64,000 bases of DNA from positions 1,061-65,060 of the forward strand of contig JAQWHI010000012.1 in assembly GCA_029249445.1 (NCBI GenBank), in the 5' to 3' direction. Positions 28,939 to 38,247 of the stretch are shown here, in pieces; the first letter of the stretch is position 1; each line of letters begins with the position of its first letter. Source of the DNA: Crocinitomicaceae bacterium (GTDB taxonomy: Bacteria; Bacteroidota; Bacteroidia; Flavobacteriales_D; Crocinitomicaceae). The position numbers and the translations under genes were made by a program. Below the pieces are notes generated by a model. That model had not been told where the DNA came from and searched no databases. It was given only the letters and a program-made list of their open reading frames with translations.

Positions 28939-30003
28939 ATGAGACAATTTGTGTTTGTAAACCTTGTTCTATCTTTATTCATTCTAAATCAATCATCATG
29001 TAGCTTTGATAACGGGAATAAAATTGGTGTTACCGGAGAGGTTGGACAAATATTGGTTGTTTCAGATACTGAATTGTGGGAAGGTGCGTTCAAGGAATGT
29101 TTAGACTCCAATTTGACACAATGGATCATGCCGTATTTACCAGATGTTGCTACGTTTGAACTGATTCACAAAACCCGCGCGCATTTTTCTAAAGGTGTCA
29201 AGCGGTACAGAAATATATTGTTTATAGATCTTGATCCTGAGTTCAAGGGAGCAAAGGGAACCATTGTTCAACGAAAGGATGTTTGGGCGCGAGGGCAGCT
29301 TGTTGTAGAGATCACAGCCAAAGATCAAGAAATGTTAGTTCAAACTTGCAGTGAGGGCTTAGATGAGGTTCACGACGCTTTTGATAAAAAGTCTTGGCAG
29401 CGAATAGTTAAAAATTTCAGAGGGATTAAGAACAAAAATTTACGCAGTGAGGTTACAAAAACATTTGGAATTGATCTTGCATTGCCTTCAAATGCAAAAA
29501 TCGTAACACGCCGAAAGAACTTTTATCGATTGGAGTTCCCTCCTGCGTCTCGACCTATAGAATTTGCTGGAACTGGCACTCAGGATGTAGGATCTGTATT
29601 CTCCGGATTAATGATTTACCAATATGACTTTATTGATTCTACACAGCTAGAACACCATCGGTTACTTCGTGCGCGGGACACGATGCTAAAGTATAATGTG
29701 CCCCATGAAATTGATGGGTTGTATATGGGTACACAATATACTAAAGTAGTCTATCCGGAGGGAAACATTATAGGGAATGAATCAGGAACGATCAATGGAT
29801 ATGAAATGAGAGGAATGTTCAAGTTTACGGGTATAAATCGTATGAGCACAGGTGGAGCGTTTTGGGCATTTCATTTTGTTCACCCAACGACGAAAAAAAC
29901 AGTATGTTTGAGTGGATATGTAGATGCTCCAGCAACAACGAGTTGGACACACCCACTCAGAGAAATACAAGCGATACTGCGGAGTGTAGAACTAAAAAAA
30001 TGA
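28939..30003 (+). CDS. DUF4837-like lipoprotein (tentative family call)
   Basis: Start MRQFVFVNLVLSLFILNQSSCSF is lipobox-like. GEVGQILVVSDTELWEG resembles the conserved DUF4837 N-terminal block as I recall it. Confidence 0.6.
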   Translation: MRQFVFVNLVLSLFILNQSSCSFDNGNKIGVTGEVGQILVVSDTELWEGAFKECLDSNLTQWIMPYLPDVATFELIHKTRAHFSKGVKRYRNILFIDLDPEFKGAKGTIVQRKDVWARGQLVVEITAKDQEMLVQTCSEGLDEVHDAFDKKSWQRIVKNFRGIKNKNLRSEVTKTFGIDLALPSNAKIVTRRKNFYRLEFPPASRPIEFAGTGTQDVGSVFSGLMIYQYDFIDSTQLEHHRLLRARDTMLKYNVPHEIDGLYMGTQYTKVVYPEGNIIGNESGTINGYEMRGMFKFTGINRMSTGGAFWAFHFVHPTTKKTVCLSGYVDAPATTSWTHPLREIQAILRSVELKK

Positions 30004-30749
30004 AGATTTCGGCAACAATAATAACATTGAATGAAGAGCGTAATATTGAACGTTGTATTCAATCATTATTACCAATTGTGGATGAAATTATTGTTTTAGA
30101 CTCTAATTCGACTGACAAAACAGAAGCAATTTGTAAAGCACATGGTGTTCGTTTTCAAAAGCGCAATTGGGAAGGATATGCAGCAAGTAAGAATTTTTTA
30201 AATGGTTTGGCAACCTATGATTATATTCTGTCAATTGATGCTGATGAAGCACTCGATAACGAGCTAAAAAAAGCCATTTTGGATCTAAAAAAAATAGAGC
30301 ATCCAGAATTGTATTCAATGAATCGTTTGACAAATTATTGTGGAAAATGGATCAAGCACAGCGGATGGTATCCAGATATTAAGTTACGTCTTTTTCCAAA
30401 GGAAGGATGCCAGTGGGAAGGAGAGTACGTGCATGAAGAATTGACTTATCCGCCCAATATGAAAATTCATCAACTTCAAGGACACTTGGAACACTACTCT
30501 TATTACTCCCATTCGGAGCATAGAGAGAGAGCTGATAAATATTCAGCGTTGACAGCGCAGAAAATGAATAAGGCAGGGAAAAAAGCATCGCTTCTAAAAC
30601 CATGGATCAGTGGATTGGCTCGTTTTGTTTCGATGTATATCATTAAAGGCGGTTTTATGGATGGAAAGATGGGATTTAAAATTGCCCAAATTAGTGCACA
30701 ATCAAACGTATACAAATACAAGGAATTAAGACGACTTAATAGACAATAG
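30000..30749 (+). CDS. family 2 glycosyltransferase (LPS-core type)
   Basis: MKISATIITLNEERNIERCIQSLLPIVDEIIVLDSNSTDKT...SIDADE carries the GT2 DxD. Start set at the ATG overlapping the upstream stop (ATGA), so the track's 46-aa N-terminal extension is rejected. Confidence 0.85.
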   Translation: MKISATIITLNEERNIERCIQSLLPIVDEIIVLDSNSTDKTEAICKAHGVRFQKRNWEGYAASKNFLNGLATYDYILSIDADEALDNELKKAILDLKKIEHPELYSMNRLTNYCGKWIKHSGWYPDIKLRLFPKEGCQWEGEYVHEELTYPPNMKIHQLQGHLEHYSYYSHSEHRERADKYSALTAQKMNKAGKKASLLKPWISGLARFVSMYIIKGGFMDGKMGFKIAQISAQSNVYKYKELRRLNRQ

Positions 30750-31744
30750 TGGATTTAAACAATAAGAATATCATCATAAGTCGAACCGATAGTATAGGTG
30801 ATGTTATACTAACACTTCCCTTGTGCGCATGGCTGAAAAAGTATTACCCCGGCGTTCACATAACTTTTCTTGGTAAGGGATATACAAAGCCGATAATAGC
30901 GGCATACCAGTCTGTAGATGATGTTTTGGATTGGAATGATTTTTCATCCCTTTCGAAAAAAGATAAGTTGGATGCGTTTAAAGCGCTCAATGCTGATGCA
31001 ATAGTGCATGTTTTTCCGAATAAGGAAATTGCGGTACTTGCAAAAAAGGCACGCATACCGATGCGAATAGGGACCTCACATAGAATTCATCATTTTTGGA
31101 CGTGTAATCACAGATTGAATTTTACAAGAAGAAAATCGAACCTTCATGAAGCACAATTGAATCACGAATTGCTTCGCCCTTTTGGACTTAATGAATTGCC
31201 AAGTCTTGATGCGTTGAAAAGGACGACTGAAAAATTTCAGGTAAAAGAGGTGGATTTACCATTAGCTTTTAAGGACTTAACTAATTTTACTATTCTTCAT
31301 CCAAAGTCTCAAGGCAGCGCAAAAGAATGGCCGATTGAGAAGTACATTGAGTTGGCGAATCAGCTCGCTTCTATTGGGGAAACTGTTGTTTTTACAGGAA
31401 CTGAGACAGAAGGGTCACAGTTTAGAAATGCTATTCCAAATTCAAAATCAGTGCTTGATTCAACAGGAAAATTATCCTTGGAGCAGCTAATGGTTTTAAT
31501 AAAAAACGCGTCAAATATTGTGGCGTGTTCAACTGGTCCTTTACATATTGCAGCAGTTTTAGGGATCAATACTGTCGGATTGTATGCTCCAAAACGACCA
31601 ATTCATCCAGGAAGATGGTCAGCTCTGGGGAAAAGTGTGAATACAATTGTGTTCAATGAAAATTGTGTTCGCTGCGCAAATTCAAAAGATTGTTCGTGTA
31701 TCGCTGAAATAAAAGTTGAGCGCGTCTTAAAAAGCTTAATTTAG
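30749..31744 (+). CDS. family 9 glycosyltransferase (heptosyltransferase-like)
   Basis: IIISRTDSIGDVILTLPL... and the C-terminal ...STGPLHIAAVLG..VGLY match the GT9 pattern. The GTG start overlaps the upstream TAG by 1 nt. Confidence 0.8.
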   Translation: MDLNNKNIIISRTDSIGDVILTLPLCAWLKKYYPGVHITFLGKGYTKPIIAAYQSVDDVLDWNDFSSLSKKDKLDAFKALNADAIVHVFPNKEIAVLAKKARIPMRIGTSHRIHHFWTCNHRLNFTRRKSNLHEAQLNHELLRPFGLNELPSLDALKRTTEKFQVKEVDLPLAFKDLTNFTILHPKSQGSAKEWPIEKYIELANQLASIGETVVFTGTETEGSQFRNAIPNSKSVLDSTGKLSLEQLMVLIKNASNIVACSTGPLHIAAVLGINTVGLYAPKRPIHPGRWSALGKSVNTIVFNENCVRCANSKDCSCIAEIKVERVLKSLI

Positions 31745-31756
31745 CTCTACCAAAGG

Positions 31757-32581
31757 TTGTGCGAAATCAAAAAATTTATCCGGCATATTGTTTATCTTAA
31801 TATTGTTGTCTCAATTGCTATTGGGACACTCAGTGCAGGATTTGCTTTCGCTTTTCAAGTTAGATTTTGGAATTTATATGGCATTTTCAGCTTTTTTTCC
31901 ACTATGGCTGTGTACAATGGTCAAAGAGTTTTTAAAGTCAAAGGTTCAAAACCGACACCATGGTTGGTTTGGGTGGATAAAAATAAAAAACACTTGCTTT
32001 TACTTTCAACTTGTTGTTTACTTGTCGCATTAACCATTTTCATGGTGCTTCCAAAAACAGTAATTACACTTGTGTTTTTAGGTCTTACGGGGGCAGTTTC
32101 TATACTGTATGTTCTTGAAGTTGGAGGAACTACAATTCGACAAGTTCCTCATTTAAAAATTCATCTGATTGGCCTTTCATGGTCAACACTTGTGGTTTTG
32201 TTTCCATTGACCAATCATTCAATAGATATTGATTTATGGTTTGTATTCGCTGTGTTTGTTGCGCATTATCTCTATGTTTTAGCTGTAACAATACCTTTTG
32301 ATATTCGTGATTTAAAATATGACGCCCCGAATCAAAAAACAATTCCACAAGTTATAGGTGTTCGAAATTCACAGATAGTATCTTTATTTTCCCTTGTGGG
32401 TAGTGCGTTGATTTTAATATTTACCGGCGCGGTTGATTTTACCAACAGTGTTTTTTACTTTGCGATTTTCGCTCAAATGATTTTAGTCATTTTTATGAAT
32501 GAAAGGCGTTCAGATCTTTATTGCGCGGGGCTTATTGATGGGTCGATAGCTCTTCTTGGAGCCTCTTATTTTTTCAATTAA
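31757..32581 (+). CDS. polytopic membrane protein, distantly UbiA-prenyltransferase-like
   Basis: About 8 hydrophobic segments. FDIRDLKYDAPNQKTIPQVIG resembles the second Asp-rich motif of the UbiA superfamily. I could not find a clear first NxxxDxxxD motif. Start codon uncertain (TTG 31757 or GTG 31760). Confidence 0.45.
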   Translation: MCEIKKFIRHIVYLNIVVSIAIGTLSAGFAFAFQVRFWNLYGIFSFFSTMAVYNGQRVFKVKGSKPTPWLVWVDKNKKHLLLLSTCCLLVALTIFMVLPKTVITLVFLGLTGAVSILYVLEVGGTTIRQVPHLKIHLIGLSWSTLVVLFPLTNHSIDIDLWFVFAVFVAHYLYVLAVTIPFDIRDLKYDAPNQKTIPQVIGVRNSQIVSLFSLVGSALILIFTGAVDFTNSVFYFAIFAQMILVIFMNERRSDLYCAGLIDGSIALLGASYFFN

Positions 32582-32601
32582 CCGGCGGGTGAAGAAGTTG
32601 A

Positions 32602-33963
32602 TTAGGCAAACAATTCTTTGACGACTTCCGTAATCTTTGCGCATTGAATGAGTTCAATTTTAAAGTCTTTCTGTTTGATGCCCTTGTTGTATTTGGAAAT
32701 GATGATCTTATCAAAGCCAAGTTTTTCTGCCTCATGGATACGTTGATCTATTCGATTCACAGGACGGACTTCACCAGAAAGTCCAACTTCTGCTGATAAC
32801 GCAATATTAGCGGAGATAGAAATATCTGCATTTGAGGAAAGTACGGCTGCTACGACAGCCAGGTCAATGGCCGGATCATCTACCTTGATACCACCGGCGA
32901 TATTTAAAAAAACATCTTTTGCACCAAGTTTGAAGCCACAGCGTTTCTCCATTACAGCGAGGAGCATGTTAAGACGTTTACTATCAAATCCAGTAGAAGA
33001 GCGTTGAGGTGTTCCGTATGCTGCAGAGCTTACGAGCGCTTGAACTTCGATCAACATTGGACGCATTCCTTCCATTGTAGCGGCTATAGAAATACCACTC
33101 AGTGAACTGTCGGTATTGGTAATCAAAATTTCAGAAGGATTTTCTACTTGTCTCAATCCAGAACTGAGCATTTCATAGATGCCCAATTCATTCGTACTTC
33201 CAAACCGGTTTTTTATCGAGCGCAACAAACGGTAAACATGGTTTCGATCTCCTTCAAATTGAAGCACAGAATCTACCATATGTTCTAAAACTTTTGGTCC
33301 CGCAAGAGAACCTTCTTTGGTTATATGACCAATTAAGAATACCGGGACGTTACTTTGTTTGGCATAACGCAAAAGTTGAGCTGTACATTCACGCACTTGA
33401 GAAATACTCCCTGGGGAGCTTTCAATCTCTGATGAGTAAAGCGTTTGAATTGAGTCAATGATCAATAATTGTGGTTCTACTTTTTCAGCCTGTTTAAAGA
33501 TGTTTTGGATGTTCGTCTCTGTGAGGATAAAACAATCATCATTATTAACTCCAATGCGTTCAGATCGCATTTTAATTTGTTGATCACTTTCTTCCCCTGA
33601 AACATATAGCACTCTCAGATTAGGTGTTGTAACGGCCAGTTGTAGCAATAGTGTGGACTTACCAATACCAGGCTCTCCTCCAAAAAGGATGAGTGATCCG
33701 TATACAAGCCCACCGCCCAGTACGCGATTGAGCTCGCTGTCATTAAGTAGAATTCGAGGGTGCTCTTTTTGTTCAATATCTCCAAGTGATTGGGGAGACG
33801 AACTTTCTGCTGATCTTGAAAATGCAACAACTTGGGGGACCTGTTTTTGTACTAATTCTTCAACGAACGTATTCCATTCATTACAAGAAGGACATTTTCC
33901 TAACCATTTGGGAGTTTCGTGTCCACAATTTTGACAAAAAAATGCTGATTTTACCTTAGCCAT
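32602..33963 (-). CDS. radA: DNA repair protein RadA (Sms)
   Basis: N-terminal zinc finger FFCQNCGHETPKWLGKCPSCNEWNTF, Walker A GGEPGIGKSTLLLQ, the KNRFG motif and a Lon-like C-terminal domain. Confidence 0.95.
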   Translation of the reverse strand: MAKVKSAFFCQNCGHETPKWLGKCPSCNEWNTFVEELVQKQVPQVVAFSRSAESSSPQSLGDIEQKEHPRILLNDSELNRVLGGGLVYGSLILFGGEPGIGKSTLLLQLAVTTPNLRVLYVSGEESDQQIKMRSERIGVNNDDCFILTETNIQNIFKQAEKVEPQLLIIDSIQTLYSSEIESSPGSISQVRECTAQLLRYAKQSNVPVFLIGHITKEGSLAGPKVLEHMVDSVLQFEGDRNHVYRLLRSIKNRFGSTNELGIYEMLSSGLRQVENPSEILITNTDSSLSGISIAATMEGMRPMLIEVQALVSSAAYGTPQRSSTGFDSKRLNMLLAVMEKRCGFKLGAKDVFLNIAGGIKVDDPAIDLAVVAAVLSSNADISISANIALSAEVGLSGEVRPVNRIDQRIHEAEKLGFDKIIISKYNKGIKQKDFKIELIQCAKITEVVKELFA

Positions 33964-34057
33964 ACCCTACGAATATAGCGCTAAAAGTAATTAAAATGCG
34001 TAAAATATAGATGCTTTTTGTTCTGTGAGAAGTTCTTTGAGAAAGTGTGAAATAAGC

Positions 34058-34267
34058 TTATCCAGCATAATTTTTTCTTGCTGATTTTCGGCATTTACGC
34101 TTTCTTCGTTTATTTGCGCGTTTTGATTTTTTCGACTTCTTACCGCCCCCTGGACCGTAACACATTAGCTCAAGTTGTAAAGTGTTGTGCTTGATTGGTA
34201 ATTCTGGTGAATTAGCAGATGTAAGAAAGCAGAAGAATAGAGCAATAAAGGAGAGTGAAATTTTCAT
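34058..34267 (-). CDS. small secreted protein with extremely basic C-terminus, hypothetical
   Basis: 69 aa. The signal peptide MKISLSFIALFFCFLTSANS is followed by ...CYGPGGGKKSKKSKRANKRRKRKCRKSARKNYAG. Coding status is unproven. Confidence 0.4.
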   Translation of the reverse strand: MKISLSFIALFFCFLTSANSPELPIKHNTLQLELMCYGPGGGKKSKKSKRANKRRKRKCRKSARKNYAG

Positions 34268-34383
34268 AGCTAGTTATTTTTACTTTTTACTTTAACGTCA
34301 TATGGGTTTTTTTATTGTGAGTTAATTGAAGCAAAAGTGCTTAATCCAATGATAATTCCAACGGTTTAATTTCTTATTCGAAA

Positions 34384-34391
34384 TATTTTTG
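34384..34391 (+). promoter_or_regulatory. -7 promoter box (TATTTTTG) overlapping the track start of pnuC
   Basis: This exact TAnnTTTG includes the TTG the track uses as a start, so the true start is probably the in-frame TTG at 34404 or the GTG at 34425. Confidence 0.4.
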
Positions 34392-35030
34392 AATAGGTTT
34401 GAATTGCATTATAAACAACAAAGGGTGGTAGATTTTTTTGAAACAGTTTGGAGTGGTGTAAGAACAACTTCTACGTTGGAGTGGTTCGCTTTTCTGACAG
34501 GAATGGCTTATGTTATTTTGGCTGCTAAAGAATCGATCTGGTGTTGGTTGTTTGCTTTTATTTCTTCGTCTTTATTCGTTTACTTGTGTTGGATAGGTCA
34601 ATTGTATCTCGAGAGCTTGCTTCAGCTGTTTTATGTGGTGATGGCAATCATTGGTTACTTTACCTGGAGCAAAGGCACAAATCAATCTTTTAAGATAAAA
34701 AATTGGTCGGTGAAGGCACACATACTGAATATCGGAGTAAGTGGCGGGCTGACGGTTCTTCTTGGGTGTTTATTTGACAGTTATACCAATCAGGCGGCAC
34801 CCTATTTTGATGCCTTTACTACCGTTTTTAGCTTAGCAGCGACCTTTATGGTGACTAGAAAGGTAATAGAGAATTGGATCTATTGGATCGTCATTGATAT
34901 TTTTTCAATTTACCTTTATGCTGATAGGGGGTTCGAGTTGCTTGCCCTTCAAATGTTTATTTTTACCATAATTGCGACTGTTGGCTTCTTCAGTTGGCGG
35001 CAAAAAATGAAACTTCAAATGGATGCTTAG
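34389..35030 (+). CDS. pnuC: PnuC-family nicotinamide riboside (or related vitamin) transporter; 5' end uncertain
   Basis: ...TLEWFAFLTGMAYVILAAKESIWCWLFAFISS...LQLFYVVMAIIGYFTW... matches the PnuC pattern, with ~7 TM segments. It overlaps the downstream kinase gene by 8 nt. Confidence 0.75.
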   Translation: MNRFELHYKQQRVVDFFETVWSGVRTTSTLEWFAFLTGMAYVILAAKESIWCWLFAFISSSLFVYLCWIGQLYLESLLQLFYVVMAIIGYFTWSKGTNQSFKIKNWSVKAHILNIGVSGGLTVLLGCLFDSYTNQAAPYFDAFTTVFSLAATFMVTRKVIENWIYWIVIDIFSIYLYADRGFELLALQMFIFTIIATVGFFSWRQKMKLQMDA

Positions 35031-35523
35031 AATTGCAATTACAGGGCCAGAATCAAGTGGGAAAACAACACTTGCTAGAGCATTGTCGAAAGTACTCTCT
35101 GCGGTATATATTCCTGAATTTGCCCGCCAATATTTACAGGAAAAAGGCTTGAAATATGATCAGCAGGATTTGGATGAAATTGCGAAGGGTCAGTTGAACC
35201 TAATTCTTTCTTCGCAAAATTCAATTAATATTGTCGATTCTGACTTTGTTGTATTGAAAGTTTGGTCTGATGAAAAATTCCAGTTTACTTCATCAAAGAT
35301 AAGTAAGTTAATAAGTGAAAATCATTTTGACTTGCACATATTGTGTGCTCCTGATATTCCATGGGAAGACGATCCGATGAGAGAAAATCCAGATGACCGC
35401 CACCTGCTTTTTGAGAAATATGTAAATGTACTCAACACCTACAAAAAAGACTTCATTATTGTAAGTGGTTTGCATGATGAGCGACTAAAAAAATGTGTGT
35501 CTGCAATACATAAATTAAAATGA
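35023..35523 (+). CDS. P-loop ATPase/kinase resembling the NadR ribosylnicotinamide-kinase domain
   Basis: MLRIAITGPESSGKTTLARALS is a Walker A motif. The 166-aa size and the pairing with pnuC fit stand-alone NadR-C-like kinases. Confidence 0.7.
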   Translation: MLRIAITGPESSGKTTLARALSKVLSAVYIPEFARQYLQEKGLKYDQQDLDEIAKGQLNLILSSQNSINIVDSDFVVLKVWSDEKFQFTSSKISKLISENHFDLHILCAPDIPWEDDPMRENPDDRHLLFEKYVNVLNTYKKDFIIVSGLHDERLKKCVSAIHKLK

Positions 35524-35528
35524 ATCTT

Positions 35529-35536
35529 TAAATTTG
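35529..35536 (+). promoter_or_regulatory. -7 promoter box (TAAATTTG) directly upstream of the TPP riboswitch
   Basis: Exact TAnnTTTG match a few nt before the aptamer. Confidence 0.45.
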
Positions 35537-35540
35537 TGAC

Positions 35541-35622
35541 GTCTCTAAGGGGTGCTATCGAGAAATCGAGGCTGAGATTATACCCATTGACCTGATCGGG
35601 ATAATGCCCGCGAAGGGAAGTG
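35541..35622 (+). promoter_or_regulatory. TPP (THI-box) riboswitch aptamer
   Basis: GGGGTGC-tatCGAgaaaTCGagg-CTGAGA-ttatACCC-attgACCTGATCgGGATAATGCCcGCGaAGGGAA matches the conserved THI element almost position for position. A possible P1 pairs TCTCT with AGGGA. Confidence 0.9.
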
Positions 35623-35686
35623 ACCAGAAGCTAATTATTAATTACACAGAGAATTAGCCCCTTGTTCTTGTTAAACGTTTTTTAAA

Positions 35687-38140
35687 ATGAAAACAAGAAT
35701 TGTATCTATGATCTGTGGTCTATTGTTCATTTCGATGACCACAGTTGCACAAAACAAATTAAGTGGAACAGTACAAACCCAGGAAGGGAAGCCCATCACA
35801 GGGGCAAAAGTACTGATTAAAGGAACTTATTTGGGTTCTTATTCCAATTCAGAAGGAATCTATGAGCTCACGAAAGTTCCCAAGGGCAATCAAACGATCA
35901 TTGTTCGAATGGTTGGTTTTGAACCCATGGAGCAAAATGTCCAATTGACTCCATCCGATCAAGAGTTCAATTTCACAATGACTGAGAATGTTCAAGAAAT
36001 GATGGAGGTTGTCGTTATTGATCTGAAAGCCAATGATCGAACCCCAACAACCTATACGAATCTTAAGACAAAGGAGATTGAAAAGGCAAATTATGGACAA
36101 GACCTGCCAATGTTGCTTCGTTTCACGCCCTCAGCAGTAGTGACCTCTGACGCAGGAGCGGGCGTTGGCTATACAGGGATTCGGATACGGGGAGTTGATC
36201 CAACAAGAACAAATGTTACCATTAATGGAATTCCAATAAACGATTCTGAATCGCACGGAGTTTTTTGGGTAAACATGCCAGATTTTTCATCCTCCGTTGG
36301 TGATATTCAAGTTCAAAGAGGGGTAGGGACATCCGCAAATGGGGCTGCTGCTTTTGGTGCGAGTGTAAATATCAATACCAATAAACTGCAAAAGAAGTCG
36401 TATGGAATTATTGACAATGGATATGGAGCATTCAACACTTGGCGGCACACAGTGAAAGCAGGAACAGGCCTTATCAACAACAAGTTTAGCCTGGATGCAC
36501 GGTTGTCGAAAATCAGTTCTGATGGATATATTGATCGCGCATCATCAGATTTAAAATCATTTTATCTTGCTGGGTCGTGGCAAGGGAAAAAGTCGGTAGT
36601 AACAGCTAATATATTTAGCGGGCGAGAAGTGACATATCAAGCGTGGTATGGTACGCCAGAGTCTGTCGTTAATGGTGATCAAAATGAAATTATCGCTTAT
36701 GCAGATCGCAATTATATTTTTGGTTCCGACCGTGAGAACTTATTGAATTCGGGAAGGACTTATAATTTTTACACGTATGAAAATGAGGTGGATAATTATG
36801 GTCAAGACCATTATCAATTGCATTTTTCACATGGATTTAATTCTCAATTAAAACTCAATGTGAAAGGGCACTATACACGAGGTAAAGGGTATTATGAACA
36901 ATTTAAGACTGAAGAAGACTTTTCAACTTACGGTTTTGCACCAGTAATTAACGGAACAGATACAATTTCAACAACCAATTTAATACGGAGAAGATGGCTT
37001 GACAATCATTTTTATGGAGGGATTTTTTCTTTGAATTACAAAAAAAATGGTTTTGATGTAACCTTTGGCGGTGGAGCAAATGAATACATTGGAGATCATT
37101 TCGGCGAGGTGATTTGGGCTGAATATGCTTCCGACAGTAAAATTAGAGATCGATACTATGACAATCAAGGGAGTAAGTTTGAGGTGCAATCGTACCTAAA
37201 AGGAACCTATAAATACAATAAATTGGTTGTTTATGCAGACCTACAAGTTCGCCATATCAATTATGAGTTTTTAGGGATTGATGATGTCAGTGGAGCGCTT
37301 GAAAATGTGAGCCAATCCGTTCCTTACACCTTCTTAAATCCAAAATTGGGCTTTATGGTTGACATTAACCACCGCAACAATGCGTATATGTCAATTGCAG
37401 TTGCAAATCGCGAACCTGTTCGAGCAGACTTTAGAGAAAACACGCCAGAAAACCGACCAGATCATGAGGAACTTATAAACCTCGAATCGGGGTATCGATA
37501 CAAAGGGCGGAAATTAATTGCCAACGCAAATTTATATTTAATGGGTTACAAAAATCAATTGGTTTTGACCGGAGAGGTTAATGATGTTGGTGGTTATACG
37601 AGAACAAATATAGACAATAGCTATAGAGCAGGAGTAGAAATTGAATTGGGCTATTCCATTTTTAAAAACTTGAGCGCAACGGCGAATGCTACGTTCAGTA
37701 AAAATAAAATTGCATCGTTTTCTGAATATGTGTTTAATTACGATACAAATACCGAAGATGAGTTGATGCATACGAATACTGATTTGGCATTTTCCCCAAA
37801 TTTTATTGCCGCAGCAGGATTGATCTATGAACCAATGAAGGGATTTGAAATTGGCATGATTTCAAAGTATGTAGGAGATCAATATTTGGACAATACAATG
37901 AGCGATGAGCGGAAGATAGACGACTATTTCTTCGCGAACTTCCAGTTGACTTATACACTTAAAAATATCCTTTTTAAGAAAATGACTTTCGGTTTACAAA
38001 TAAATAATGCGTTTAATAAAATGTACGAAAATAATGGGTATACATGGGGGTTTATTTCAGGAGGAGAGCGAATCAGTGAGAATTTTTATTATCCTCAAGC
38101 AGGCAGAAATTTCATGACTAGGTTAACCATTAGTCTATAA
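35687..38140 (+). CDS. TonB-dependent receptor (CarboxypepD_reg-like N-domain, plug, barrel); predicted thiamine-related outer-membrane transporter
   Basis: Signal peptide, then KLSGTVQTQEGKPITGAKVLIKGT (CarbopepD_reg-like), a plug region (...GIRIRGVD..RTNVTINGIPIND), and a C-terminal aromatic-rich barrel ending in ...GRNFMTRLTISL. It lies directly downstream of the TPP riboswitch. Confidence 0.9.
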   Translation: MKTRIVSMICGLLFISMTTVAQNKLSGTVQTQEGKPITGAKVLIKGTYLGSYSNSEGIYELTKVPKGNQTIIVRMVGFEPMEQNVQLTPSDQEFNFTMTENVQEMMEVVVIDLKANDRTPTTYTNLKTKEIEKANYGQDLPMLLRFTPSAVVTSDAGAGVGYTGIRIRGVDPTRTNVTINGIPINDSESHGVFWVNMPDFSSSVGDIQVQRGVGTSANGAAAFGASVNINTNKLQKKSYGIIDNGYGAFNTWRHTVKAGTGLINNKFSLDARLSKISSDGYIDRASSDLKSFYLAGSWQGKKSVVTANIFSGREVTYQAWYGTPESVVNGDQNEIIAYADRNYIFGSDRENLLNSGRTYNFYTYENEVDNYGQDHYQLHFSHGFNSQLKLNVKGHYTRGKGYYEQFKTEEDFSTYGFAPVINGTDTISTTNLIRRRWLDNHFYGGIFSLNYKKNGFDVTFGGGANEYIGDHFGEVIWAEYASDSKIRDRYYDNQGSKFEVQSYLKGTYKYNKLVVYADLQVRHINYEFLGIDDVSGALENVSQSVPYTFLNPKLGFMVDINHRNNAYMSIAVANREPVRADFRENTPENRPDHEELINLESGYRYKGRKLIANANLYLMGYKNQLVLTGEVNDVGGYTRTNIDNSYRAGVEIELGYSIFKNLSATANATFSKNKIASFSEYVFNYDTNTEDELMHTNTDLAFSPNFIAAAGLIYEPMKGFEIGMISKYVGDQYLDNTMSDERKIDDYFFANFQLTYTLKNILFKKMTFGLQINNAFNKMYENNGYTWGFISGGERISENFYYPQAGRNFMTRLTISL

Positions 38141-38186
38141 ACCTTGTGAATTCCAGAGTTGAGCTTAGGATGAAACTTTAGAGTAA

Positions 38187-38221
38187 ACACCTCCTTGACG
38201 GATATGTGAAGGAGGTGTTTT
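38187..38221 (+). terminator. hairpin terminator after the TonB receptor (possibly bidirectional)
   Basis: ACACCTCCTT / AAGGAGGTGT form a 10-bp stem with a 12-nt loop. TTTT follows on the plus strand. Confidence 0.6.
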
Positions 38222-38247
38222 CAAACCAAATTTTATAAGTACGGACA

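Noticed and set aside
29862-29999. N-terminal extensions in the ORF track: 29862 for the GT2 gene, 39380 for the HI0933 gene, 39540 for its divergent neighbour, and 3564, 4404, 15582, 25790 and 45886 for other genes
   Set aside because: Each extension overlaps a neighbouring gene or contains a TAnnTTTG promoter box. The internal Met is followed by a proper signal peptide or conserved N-terminus.
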